NCBI GenBank assembly: GCA_030390025.1
Contig: CM059433.1
Location: 30,940,001 to 31,004,000 of the forward strand
Source of the DNA: Squalus acanthias
Taxonomy: Eukaryota
Direction of reading: 5' to 3'
DNA length: 64,000 bases
The position numbers and the translations under genes were made by a program. The notes under the pieces are model-generated. The model had not been told where the DNA came from. It saw nothing but the letters and a program-made list of their open reading frames with translations, and ran no database searches. How positions within the stretch are numbered: position 1 is the stretch's first letter; each line of letters opens with the position of its first letter. Below, in pieces: positions 37,670 to 49,974 of the stretch.

Positions 37670-38533
37670 ATTTTTTTTTATTCGTTCCTGGGATGTGGGA
37701 CGTCGCTGGCAAGGGCAGCATTTATTGCCCATCCCTAATTGTCCTTGAGAAGGTGGTGGTGAGCCGCCTTCTTGAACCGCTGCAGTCTGTGTGGTGAAGG
37801 TACTCCCGCAGTGCTGTTAGGGAGGGAGTTCCAGGATTTTGACCCAGCGACAATGAAGGGACAGCGATAGGTCAGGATGGTGTGTAACTTGGAGGAGAAC
37901 TTGCAGGTGATGGTGTTCCCATGCGCCTGCTGCCCTTGTCCTTCTAGGTGGTAGAGGTTGCGGGTTTGGGAGGTGCTGCCAAAGAAGCTTTGGTGAGTTG
38001 CTGCAGTGCATCTTGTAGATGGTACACACTGCAGCCACGGTGCGTCGGTGGTCGAGGGAGTGAATGTTTAAGCTGGTGGATGGGGTGCCAATCAAGTGGG
38101 TTGCTTTGTCCTGGATGGTGTCGAGCTTCTTGAGTGTTGGAGCTGCACTCATCCAGGCAAGTGGAGAGTATTCCATCACACTCCTGACTTGTGCCTTGTA
38201 GATGGTGGAAAGGCTTTGGGGAGTCAGGAGATGAGACACTCGCCACAGAATATGCAGCCTCTGACCTGCTCTTGTAGCCACACTATTTATGTGGCTGGTC
38301 CAGTTAAGTTTCTGGTCAATGGTGACTCCCAGGATGTTGATGGTGGGGGATTCAGTGATGGTAATGCCGTTGAATGTCAAGGGGAGGTGGCTAGACTCTC
38401 ACTTGTTGGAAATAGTCATTGCCCGGCACTTGTGTAGCGCAAATGTCTTGCCACTTATCAGCCCAAGCCTGAATGTCATCCAAATCTTGCTGCATTCGGG
38501 CATGGACTGCTTCATTATCTGAGGAGTTGCGAA
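37670..38533 (-). mobile_element. Single-ORF APE-RT LINE, 3' fragment
   Basis: ILGVTIDQKLNWTSHI...YKAQVRSVMEYS and a poly-A tail. Confidence 0.92.
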
Positions 38534-38679
38534 GATGGAAACATTCTGTTTAAGATCTTCCGCCCCCTCACCTGATCCTCACTGGTCCCAGCCCGGACTC
38601 CCAGGTGGGGCACACTTCTGCTGGTTTGGACCAGACGTACTGTTGCTAGTGCTATATCTTGTCCCAACTGAGGGGTCTG

Positions 38680-39075
38680 GAGTGGGAACTGAGAGGTTAT
38701 AGCTATCAGGAAAGGCTGGGGTTCTTTTCTCTAGAAAAGAGAAGGCTGAGGGGTGACCTAATAGAGCTCTTTAAAATTATAAAACGGTTTGATAGGGTAG
38801 ACGTAGAGAAAATGTTTCTATTTGTGGAGGGCTCCAACACTAGGGGCCATAAATATAAGATAGTCACAAATAAATCCAGTAGAAAATTCAGGAGAAACTT
38901 GTTTACCCAGAGAGTGGTGAGAATGTGGAACTCGCTACCACTTGGAGTGGTTGAGGTGAATAGCATAGATGCATTTAAGGGGAAGCTGGATAAACACATG
39001 AGGGAGAAGGTTATGTTGATAGACTGAGGTGAAGTCGGTTGGGAGGAGGCTCATGTGGAGCATAAACACCGGCAT
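38680..39075 (+). mobile_element. CR1 3' fragment
   Basis: FSLEKRRLRGDLIE...TRGHKYKI. Confidence 0.88.
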
Positions 39076-39515
39076 AGCCGGGGAAGAGTTCCAGATTTCC
39101 ACTATCCTTTGTGTGAAGATCTGCTTCCTGACATCACCCCTGAAAAGCCTTGCTCTAATTTTAAGGTTTCCCCTGCTTATCAGCTCCTATAACCATCTTA
39201 TACACCTCAATTAGATACAGTCAACCTGAGAATGGCCACTCAAAAGGATAATGAGGATGGTTCAAGCCATTGTCCAGTCTGAGTTTGCTCAACAGTACCG
39301 AAATGAAATGAGACAGAGGGAATACTTAAAAAAAGGCAGAAGTGAGGTGCCATATGCTGAGGTAACCTGGCATGCACACTATTTCTCCTTTTTTTCTGCA
39401 TTCGCATTTGAAGTGAAGTGACTTCCAGCCAAACGTCACCAGAACTGCTCAAAGGCATAGGTCCAACTTGTACGGGGTGAATTATTCAACTGAGAAATCA
39501 GTCTGCAAAAACACT

Positions 39516-41682
39516 GGCCTAGTAATTGGGCTGCTTACCGCCACCCATTGGTGGATGATTCCTGAAGAAAAATGGTAGCTGCCGCTCTAACGCTTGCCTC
39601 TGGTGTGGGACTCGGCATTAGAATGGCGGCTGTCTTTTTTTTTGGTGAGAGCCATAACACTGCCGTTAGCAGCACTGGCCCTGGACATGCAAATCTGGAG
39701 AGCATGACATCAGTTGGCGTGCAGCGCCGACTTAACGCCACACTCTGCAAACTTGGACCTCTGAGCTGAGTATAGCGCTGGGTCCTAAGCTCGCTCTGAA
39801 AAGCGAGCCTGCAGCAGACCGACAGAGATGCTGTCAGTGCTTCTTAAAGGGACAGACACATCGTTCAAGTAAGTTTGTATTTAAACTTTTGGACTGGATT
39901 TTTTATATTTTATTGAAGTAGTGGCTTGGTGCAATAGATGTGAAAAGTTTTTAAAGTGTGCAGGGAGTGCTGCTGAATGCTTGCAAGGCCCCCGATGGTA
40001 GAGGAAGGCCTCTGAGAAGACAGAAAATGCTGGTAATACTCAGCAGGTCAGGCATCATCCGTGGAGAGAGAAACAGAGTTCACATCTCAGGTCAGGATGC
40101 TGCCTGACCTGCTGAGTATTGCTAGCACTTTCTGCTTTTATTTCTGATTTCCTGCATCCTCTCGCAGAGGGAAGAGGAAGACCACAGAAGAAGCAGACGC
40201 AGAAGAGGAGGAAGCAGAAGAATGGAAGCAACCCAGACAGCCCCCTTCTGGCTGGGATATCTGGGATGGAATCATCCACCTGTGGTACCAGTGACCAGAA
40301 CCCCAATTCCTCTTTCAACATTTGTCCCACACCTTACCTTTCCTCTGTTGCTGACCATCACAGTGTCCTCTTGGCCACAATGCTGAAATGAAAGTCACCA
40401 CAAAGCAAACTTTCCAATTCAACTTTATACATCAATCCATCCAATATGACATCAAGAAATCAACCAATCACCCTTATGCGTTCTCTTAGTGACTGCCTTG
40501 TGTGTGCCTTTGCCTATCCTAGTGAAGTCATGCAGTGCTGCAGCATGGCTGGTGGAAGGCTGCTGACGTTCAGTGGGGGCACTGCAAATGGCCTTGCAGA
40601 TTGACCTTGAGAAGTTGGTGGCTGGGAGTGTCAAATCGAGTGACATTGTTTCTTCTTCTTCTTCACTCTCCTCTTCCTCTTCTTGGCCAACCACTGGTGG
40701 GGCAGGCTGCATTTCTTGGGTGTGTGAAATGAGGAAGGCACAAGGTGGGAAAGCAAGAGGTGCATGCCAGAAGGAGGATAATGTATGAAGATACAAGCAT
40801 CTTGTATCCTTTCAGCCAAGGTTTCAGCCAAGAATGGCCAGCACCATCTCCTCCAAGGGGATGAGGTGAGGCTAGGAATGGGAGGTGTGCCTCATGTTTG
40901 GTACAGATTGTTGGTAGGTGAGTGATTGGAGCAGAGTGATTGAGCAGTGTGCGAGGCTAGTGGTGCAGCTGGTAGGAGATGGCTTTTGAAGATGCATTCA
41001 CTGACCTTGACCAGTGTTCTGAGGTCATGAAGCTTCTTTGGTCACTGGAGCCAGGTGATGGGGGCAACACTGTTGGCAATGACGGCCTTGGTGATGTAGT
41101 CCCACATTGTTCTTTCTGGAGGACCTCACACCCCTGTGGGTAGAGGACCTCTCTTGCAGCATTGACCCCCTGCACAAAGCTGGAGTGCTGCATGCGAGAC
41201 CCTGGATGCCCCTTCCATGGCTTGCTGAGCCATTGTTTTAGTGCTGAAGCACTTTTCCCATTTTTTTTAGGTGCAGAAGGCAATTCAACTTTAAGAGCTG
41301 CAGACTGCTATTTAGGAATTCTTTTTAATGTTTTTTTTTCAGAAGGCAGTTGAGCTATAAGGACTAAAAACTGCCTATTTTAAAATGATTTTTATTTTTT
41401 TCATTTTAGAAGGCAGTTCCCCTTTAAGGGACCGCACTGCTTTCTAAAATGACAGCCTTGCTTTAAGAGAAGGCTGTTCTCATTGCAAAGACGCTACATT
41501 GGGCCTCCTGCTGAGACTACCGTCCAAAAACCGGCCTTGCACAGTAAGTTTAACGCTGTGCTAATGTTAATTAACAAGCAGCACCAATATACCGGTGCTG
41601 CCAGCGCTATTAATTTCAGTGGCCATTAACTATGGCCCGCGGTGCCACCGGCAGGTTTCCAGCATTCTGGAATTTCTAGGCC
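39516..41682 (-). mobile_element. Non-autonomous Harbinger element, complete
   Basis: TIR GGCCTAGWAATT at both ends; TSD ACT; decayed Myb exon at about 41005-41235 (-); sibling of 14411-16255. Confidence 0.88.
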
Positions 41683-41994
41683 ACTGCCTTTTAACCACCA
41701 TTGATCAGGTGAATTGAAATCGGACAATCACCAACCACAGAGTTTCATGGCATCACCAAACAGGGATTTTATACCATCGTCCTTGCTTATATTCTGTAAA
41801 CCTATCACATTGTCCAGCCAAAATGAAAATCTTTCCCTTTCACTTGAGGAGCAAAGTGATTAACACTTAGGGATCCCATCTTCAACTCCAAGCTATTTAT
41901 TCACCAATATAATTAGAATCCAGCTATTGGTCCCAGATGAACAGAGTGCTGACAACGAGCCTCCCTGCACTCATCAAGGTGAATAGTAGCTTAT

Positions 41995-43890
41995 CTCAAT
42001 CTAGGGGAACCAATTGGAGAACCAATTAGGCCATTTCTGATTATCTCTGTTACCACCCACATCCTCCTGCCCACACCCAATTCTAATGCACTCACTGACT
42101 GCCCATGGAAACAGACCCTGTTCCCTGCCCCTTCCACCCTCACTCCCAATACTAAGTGCAAAGGACTCATGAATTTCTTCATCTCTAACATAGAGACCAT
42201 CCATGAAGTTACCTGTGCCGTTACCTTCCTTTCCTCATTCAACCACTCTTTCAGTCTCTCACACATTCCAACCCCAACCCCATGTCCTGCTCCTTTGATC
42301 CCCTCCCCACTCAACAGCTCACATCGGCCGCCATGCTAGCTAAGATTGTTAATGCATCCATCTCGTCAGGCATCAGCCCTCTCCCTTTCAAATCTTCTGT
42401 TATCACGTCTCCGCAAAATAAACCAACCATTGACCCGATTGTTCTCTCCAACTTCTGCCCCATCTCTAACCTCCCTTTCGTCTCCAAAGTCTCCAAACCT
42501 GTCATCACCTCGTAGCTCCATGCCCATCTGTTTCAAATTCCTCTGGTCCAGCCTCCGTCGTGCTAAAGGCACCGAGACCGCCCTGACTAAAGTCAGGAAT
42601 GACATGCTCTGTGACTGCAACCATGCTGCTTCATCACTCCTTTACCTCCTTGACTATTCCACAGCCTTTGATACAGTTGGCTTTGCCAACCTCCTGCATC
42701 GCCTCTGCTCCTTTGTCCAGCTCTGTGGGACTGTCCTTGTGTGGTTCCATTTCTACCTCTCCGACCGCATGACAACACGCAGCAATAGTTGCTCCTGCAT
42801 CATCACCTCTTGAGTGCTCAAAGGATTTATCCTTGACCCCTCCCCATGTTGCTCCTCAGTGAGATCATTGACAGGAATAGGGTCAGTTTCCATATGTATG
42901 CTGGTGGCACCTGGGCGACCCGGCTCTACCTGTCCACCTCTTCTCTCTATATCACAATCACATTTATAATCATAGAATAGAATGGTTACAGCACAGAAGG
43001 AGGCCATTCGGCCTGTCGAGCTCATGCCGGCTCACTGCAAGAGCACTTCAGCTAGTCCCACTCCCCCGTCCTTTTCCCCATAGCCCTGCAAATTTTTTTC
43101 CTTCAGGTACTTATCCAATTCCCTTTTGAAAGCCACGATTGAATGTGCCTCCACCACCCTTTCAGGCAGTGCATTCCAGATCCTAACCACTCGCTGTGTA
43201 AAAACGTTTTTCCTCATGTCGCCTTTGGTTCTTCTGCCAATCACCTTAAATCTGTGTCCTCGACCCTTCCGCCAATGGGAACAGTGTCGCTCTATTTACC
43301 CTGTCTAGACCCCTCATGATTTTGAACACCTCTATCAAATCTCCTCTCAACCTTCTCTGCTCTAAGGAGAACAACCCCAGCTTCTCCAATCTATCCACGT
43401 AACTGAAGTAATTCATCCTTGGAACCATTCTTGTAAAGCTGTCTGTTGTCTAATGTCAGATGCCTGTCCCACTTCAAGTCATGGGTGAGTCACAACCTCT
43501 TGCAACTGAACATCTGGAAGAGTGAAGCCACTGCTTTCAGCCCTGCCATACTGCCACTGATCATTTGTCTCATTGATTAGACAATGCAGAACTTTGGCAC
43601 CCCGTTGAAGCCTGAGCTGAGCTTCAAACTGCAAATTCAATCCATTTCTAACACTACTTATTTCCACCTACGCAACTTTGCCTTCCTCTACCCTTACCTT
43701 AGCCAATAAGCTCTCAAAACGATTGGTGACATGGCCTTCAGTCGTCTCAGTCCTACAGTCCAGAAGTCCCTCTCTAAACCTCACGACCTCTCCTCTTCTT
43801 TCTCTGACTTTAAAAAACCTTTTCAAAATCTGTCTTTACAACCAAGCCTTCAGTCCCTCCTCCTAATCTGCCCCTCCATGGCTCAGTATC
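41995..43890 (+). mobile_element. Old L2 LINE remnant interrupted by CR1 (42971-43437, -)
   Basis: CSFDPLPT, NFCPISNLPFVSK, TETALTKVRND and LLDYSTAFDTV motifs. Confidence 0.85.
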
Positions 43891-44273
43891 TGTTCCTTAT
43901 AAAAACAAGAAAGAAAGATGTTAAGTGTTAGGTTTGGCTGAGTCAGAGGCGAGATTCACCTGAGAGGGCAGACGGGGCCTCGGTTTAACGTCTCATCTGA
44001 AAAACGGCACCACCAACAGTATAGCACTCTCTCTGTACTGCACTGAAGTGTCAGCCTAGATTATGTACTTCAGTTCTGCGATGGGAATATATAATAAAAA
44101 GGTATTCGCAGGGCACCTTATCCACTTCACATGAAGATTTTGACTGCCGGTACAACCATGCTATAACATTCATGGTGCAGGGGTCTATGATATTCTCATT
44201 GATCAGCAAACTGTACAATTCGCAACAGTGAAGAGAGTCCAGGTCTCAAGGAATCACAAGGATAAGGATCTTT

Positions 44274-47200
44274 GGGAGCTAAATTCGGTTGATTTGCACC
44301 TCCCGTTAGCGCCCTACGAGGGCTCTAACGGGGCGCAAATCAACTAGCGCCTGGGGACGGCACCACTAACACCTCCTGTGAAATTCAGCGGGAGGTTAGC
44401 AGCGGCGTTAACCATTAGCGCCGCGCGGCGTTGCGCCACCGGCGATGATGTCATTGCTGTGCGCAGCGCCCCGGCTGTAGTATTGGGTAGTGCCCCTCGA
44501 CTTACCGCCGGACGCTATGTCCGCCGGGGTCAGGGGGGCCTACCTGCGGCCGGGGCGGCGCTAGTTAAAGGGGAGGTGGCGGGCGGCCATTTTAATTGCT
44601 GGCCGCCTGCCAGCACCTGGCCCCGTTGCTGCCCCCGGCCTCCGTGAAGCCCCCCCGCAGGGTGCCGGCTGCTTTACGTGAGCCCGGCACACCTCTTGAG
44701 TGCCGGGCTCGTTTGCCGGCACTCATAGAGACATAGATAGAAACATAGAAGATAGGAGCAGGAGTAGGCCAATCGGCCCCTCTAGCCTGCTCCGCCATTC
44801 GATGCGATCCTGGCTGATCATCCAAATTCAGTACCCTGTACCTGCCTTCTCCCCATATCCCTTGATCCCTTTAGCCTTAAGAAATATATCCAACTCCTTC
44901 TTGAATCTATTTAATGAATTGGCCTCTACTGCCTTCTGTGGCAGAGAATTCCACAGGTTCACCACTCTCTGGGTGAAGAAATTCCTCCTCATTTCTGTCC
45001 TAAATAGCTTACCCCTTATCCTTAGACTGTGACCCCTGGTTCTGGACTCCCCAACCATCGGGAACATCCTTCCTGCATCTAGTCTATCCAGTCCTGTCAG
45101 AATTTTATAAGTTTCAATGAGATCCCCTCTCATTCTTCTAAACTCCAGCGAGTATAAGCCCAATCAACCCAATCTCTCATCATACGTCATTCCTGCCATC
45201 CCAGGTATCAGCCTGGTGAATCTTCGCTGACCTCCTTCCATGGCAAGAACCTCCTTCCTCAGATAAGGTGACCAAAACTGCACACAATACTCAAGATGTG
45301 GTCTCACCAAGGCCCTGTACAACTGTAGCAAGACATCCTTGTTCCTGTACTCAAACCCTCTCGCTACGAAGGCCAACATACCATTTGTCTTCTTAACCGC
45401 CTGCTGCACCTGCATGCTTACCTTCAGCGACTGGTGCACAAGGACACCCAGGTCTCGTTGCACTTCCCCTTCTCCCAATCTATTGCCATTCAGATAATAA
45501 TCTGCCTTCCTGTTTTTGACACCAAAGTGGATAACCTCGCATTTATCCACGTTATATTGCGTCTGCCATGCTTCTGCCCAATCACCCAACCTGTCCAAAT
45601 CATCCTGGAGTTTCTCAGCATCCTCCTCACAGCACACACACCCACCCAGCTTTGTGTCATCTGCAAACTTGGAGATATTACATCTAGTTCCCTTGTCTAT
45701 GTCATTAATATATATTGTGAATAGCTGGGGTCCAAGGACCGATCCCTGCGGTACCCCACTAGTCATTGCCTGCCACTCGGAAAAAGACCCGTTTATTCCA
45801 ACTCTTTGCTTTCTGTCTGCCAACCAGTTCTCTATCCAAGTCAATACCTTGCCCCCAATCCCATGTGCCTTAACTTTGCACGCTAATCTCTTATGCAGGA
45901 CCTTATCGAAAGCCTTTTGAAAGTCCAAATACACCACATCCACTGGTTCTCCCTTATCTATTTTACCAGTTACATCCGCAAAAAATTCCAGTAGATTAGT
46001 CAAGCATGATTTACCTTTTGTAAATTCATGTTGACTTTGTCCGATCCTGTCACTGTTTTCCAAGTGCTCTGCTATTACATCTTTTATAATGGACTCTAGC
46101 ATTTTCCCCACTACCGATGTCAGGCTTACCGGTCTGTAATTCCCCGTTTTCTCTCTACTACCTTTTTTGAATAGTGGGGTAACATTAGCTACCCTCCAAT
46201 CCATGGGTATTGTTCCAGATTCCATCGAATGTTGGAAGATGATCAGCAATGCATCTACTATTTCTAGGGCCACTTCCTTAAGTACCCTAGGATGTAGATT
46301 ATCAGGCCCTGGGGATTTATCGGCCTTCAATCCCGTCAATTTCCCTAACACCATTTCCCTACAAATACTGATTTCTTTCAGTTCCTCCCTTTCATCAGAC
46401 CCTATGTTCCCCGACATCTCTGGGAGGTTATTTGTGTCCTCCTTTGTGAAGACAGAACCAAAATATGTATTTAATTAGTCTGCCATTTCTTTGTTCCCTA
46501 TTATAAGTTCCCCTGATTCTGACTGCAAGGGACCTATGCTTGACTTCACCAATCTTTTTCTCTTCACATATCTATAAAAGCTTTTAGAGTCAGCTTTTAT
46601 GTTCCCTGCAAGCTTCCTCTCATATTCTATTTTCCCCTTTTTAATTAATCCCTTTGTCCTCCTTTGTTGAATCCTAAACTGCTCCCAATCCTCAGGTTTA
46701 CTGCTTTTTCTGGCCAATTTATATGTCCTCTCCTTGGATCTTATGCTATCCCTAATTTCCCTTGTTAGCCACGGTTGAGTCACCTTTTTTGTTTTATTCT
46801 TATGCCAAACTGGGATGAACAAATTTTGTAGTTCATCCATGCGGTCTTTGAATGTTTGCCATTGCCTATCCACCGTCAACACTTTGAGTGACATTCCCCA
46901 ATTAATCCTACCCAACTCGCGCCTCATACCATCGTAGTTTCCTTTATTTAAATTCAGGACCCTAGTCTCTGAGTCAACTACTTCACTCTCCGTCTTAATG
47001 AAGAATTCTATCATATTATGATCGCTCCAACCCAAGGGACCTTGTACAACAAGATTGCTAATTAATCCTTTCTCATTACATAATACCCAGTCTAAGATGG
47101 CCTGATCTCTGGTTGGTTCCTCGACATATTGGTCCAGGAAACCATCCCGTAAACACTCCCGATCCCTGGTGGCCCAGCTGGGCGCTGGGACGCGCTGCGC

Positions 47201-47467
47201 CAGGCCCCTCCCCTTTAAGAAGGGGAGGAAGGCCTGCAGTACTGCGGCGCGATGTACCACAGAGCGTGGTGCTGCGGCACGTAGCGCCGCAGTTTTGGCT
47301 TGCAGCGCCCCAAGAGGAACGTTGAGCGCTTCCAGTAGCACCCCTCCTCCCTCTCGGGGCGCTACCTGGGAAAATCGGCCGCAGTGGTGCTAACTTTATC
47401 GGGGCGCTAAAATTCGTGCCCCAGCTAAGGTAGCACCCCAAAGGGGGCGCGACCAAATTTTTATCCC
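44274..47467. mobile_element. GC-rich Harbinger-type MITE split by a 2.4-kb CR1
   Basis: Ends GGGAGCTAAATTCGGT / ACCAAATTTTTATCCC; TSD TTT. Confidence 0.8.
44725..47158 (-). mobile_element. CR1 LINE, 5'-truncated in the endonuclease domain
   Basis: A single ORF2 frame from 47158 to 44828 with only two premature stops (46475 and 45164); SDHN, KSPGPD, DFQKAFD, GVPQGS and FADD motifs. Confidence 0.97.
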
Positions 47468-47715
47468 TTTGTGTTCTGATGCGTGGCTATTCCCTCACAG
47501 AATGGGGGAATTAGCAATTCTGATCCTTGAATGGAATCACCTCAGCTTCATACAGAGAGGCATTGTCTCCTGGAGAATTCTGTTAAGTGCCTGAAATATT
47601 ACACAAGAATTAAAGTAATTGCTTTGATGCAGCTGGCATTTTACAACAAGGTCAGCAGAAAAACCCTGTGTGGTGAAAGTGTGGAGCAACTGACGCTGGA
47701 CTGAACAGTGCCTAT

Positions 47716-47863
47716 TGCAAACCATTAGGAAGGCAAATGGTATGCTGGCCTTCATTATAAGAGGATTTGAGTACAGAAGTAAAGAAGTATTACTCCAATT
47801 ATATAGGGCCCTGGTGAGACCACACCTGGAGTACTGTGTACAATTTTGGTCTCCTTACCTAAG
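47716..47863 (+). mobile_element. CR1 internal fragment
   Basis: KANGMLAFIIRGFEYRSKEVLLQLYRALVRPHLEYC. Confidence 0.85.
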
Positions 47864-48338
47864 AGCTTTCTTGACAGATCTGAAATGCTGGTTTCCATCG
47901 CATGCGCAGTGCATGCCTAAAACCAGCATTTCCGTTGGCCCTACGGGTGAGTACACAGCGCGTACCCACCCGTCTGGGAACGGAATTTCAGGACCATTGT
48001 CTATAGTCTTCATTTCTACAGCAATCGCCTTTCTGCTGTCAGATTGCCAGACCCAATTCAAGTCATGGGTGAGTCACAACTTTTTGCATCTGATCATCTG
48101 AAAATCAAAGCCACTCTTTGTAGCCTCGCCATCAACTCTGCTCTAAGTTTATTGAAGGCGGAAAAAGAAGAGGAGAGGTGGTGAGGTTTAGAGAGGGACT
48201 TCTAGAGTGTAGAGCTGAGGCAGAAGAAGGCTGTGCCACCAATTGTTTTGACAGCATATTGGCTGAGGTAGGGATACAGGCAGCCTATGTTGCGGAGGTG
48301 GAAATAAGCAACTTGAAGCTCAGTTCGGGGGTCAACAG

Positions 48339-49974
48339 GGTGCCACGGTTATGAATGGTTTGGTGCCATGGTTATGAATGGTTTGGTGCCACGGTTATGA
48401 ATGGTTTGGTGCCACGGTTATGAATGGTCAGTGCCACGGTTATGAATCGTTTGGTGCCACGGTTATGAATGCTTTGGTGCCATGGTTATGAATGATTTGA
48501 TGTCACGGTTATGAATGGTTTGGTGCCACGGTTATGAATCGTTTGGTGCCACGGTTATGAATGGTTTGGTGTCACGGTTATGAATGGTTTGGTGCCATGA
48601 TTATGAATGGTTTGGTGCCATGATTATGAATGGTTTGGTGCCATGATTATGAATGGTTTGGTGCCATGATTATGAATGGTTTGGTGCCACGATTATGAAT
48701 GGTTCAGTGCCATGATTATGAATGGTTTGGTGCCACGATTATGAATGGTTCAGTGCCATGATTATGAATGGTTTGGTGCCACGATTATGAATGGTTTGGT
48801 GCCATGATTATGAATGGTTTGGTGCCACGGTTATGAATGGTTTGGTGCCACGGTTATGAATGGTTTGGTGCCATGGTTATGAATGCTTTGGTGCCATGGT
48901 TACGAATGGTTTGGTGCCACGGTTATGAATGGTCAGTGCCATGGTTATGAATCGTTTGGTGCCACGGTTATGAATGCTTTGGTGCCATGGTTATGAATGA
49001 TTTGATGTCACGGTTATGAATGGTTTGGTGCCATGGTTATGAATGGTTTGGTGCCACGGTTATGAATGGTTTGGTGTCACGGTTATGAATGGTTTGGTGC
49101 CATGATTATGAATGGTTTGGTGCCATGATTATGAATGGTTTGGTGCCATGATTATGAATGGTTTGGTGCCATGATTATGAATGGTTTGGTGCCACGATTA
49201 TGAATGGTTCAGTGCCATGATTATGAATGGTTTGGTGCCACGATTATGAATGGTTCAGTGCCATGATTATGAATGGTTTGGTGCCACGATTATGAATGGT
49301 TTGGTGCCATGATTATGAATGGTTTGGTGCCACGGTTATGAATGGTTTGGTGCCACGGTTATGAATGGTTTGGTGCCATGGTTATGAATGCTTTGGTGCC
49401 ATGGTTACGAATGGTTTGGTGCCACGGTTATGAATGCTTTGGTGCCATGGTTACGAATGCTTTGGTGCCGTGGTTATGAATGGTCAGTGCCGTGGTTATG
49501 AATAGTTTGGTGCCATGGTTATGAATGGTTTGGTGCCATGGTTATGAATGGTTTGGTGCCATGGTTATGAATGGTTTGGTGCCACGGTTATGAATGGTTT
49601 GGTGCCATGGTTATGAATGGTTTGGTGCCACGGTTATGAATGGTTTGGTGCCATGGTTATGAATGGTTTGGTGCCACGGTTATGAATGGTTTGGTGCCAC
49701 AGTTATGAATGGTTTGGTGCCACGGTTATGAATGGTTTGGTGCCACGGTTATGAATGGTTTGGTGCCATGGTTATGAATGGTTTGGTGCCACGGTTATGA
49801 ATGGTTTGGTGCCATGGTTATTAATGGTTTGGTGCCACGGTTATGAATGGTTTGGTGCCACGGTTATGAATGGTTTGGTGCCATGGTTATGAATGGTTTG
49901 GTGCCACGGTTATGAATGGTTTGGTGCCATGGTTATGAATGGTTTGGTGCCACGGTTATGAATAGTCGGTGCCG
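48339..49974. repeat. 23-bp minisatellite (GGTGCCAYGRTTATGAATGGTTT)n, about 70 units, embedded in an L2 remnant
   Basis: Directly visible; a variant block recurs at a 505-bp offset. Confidence 0.97.

Noticed and set aside
47159..47341. Novel N-terminus on the CR1 ORF (46475-47341)
   Set aside because: Chance read-through from the GC-rich MITE into the truncated CR1; the same applies to 5704-5792.
48339..49974. CRISPR array
   Set aside because: Units are contiguous with no unique spacers, there are no cas genes, and the context is vertebrate.
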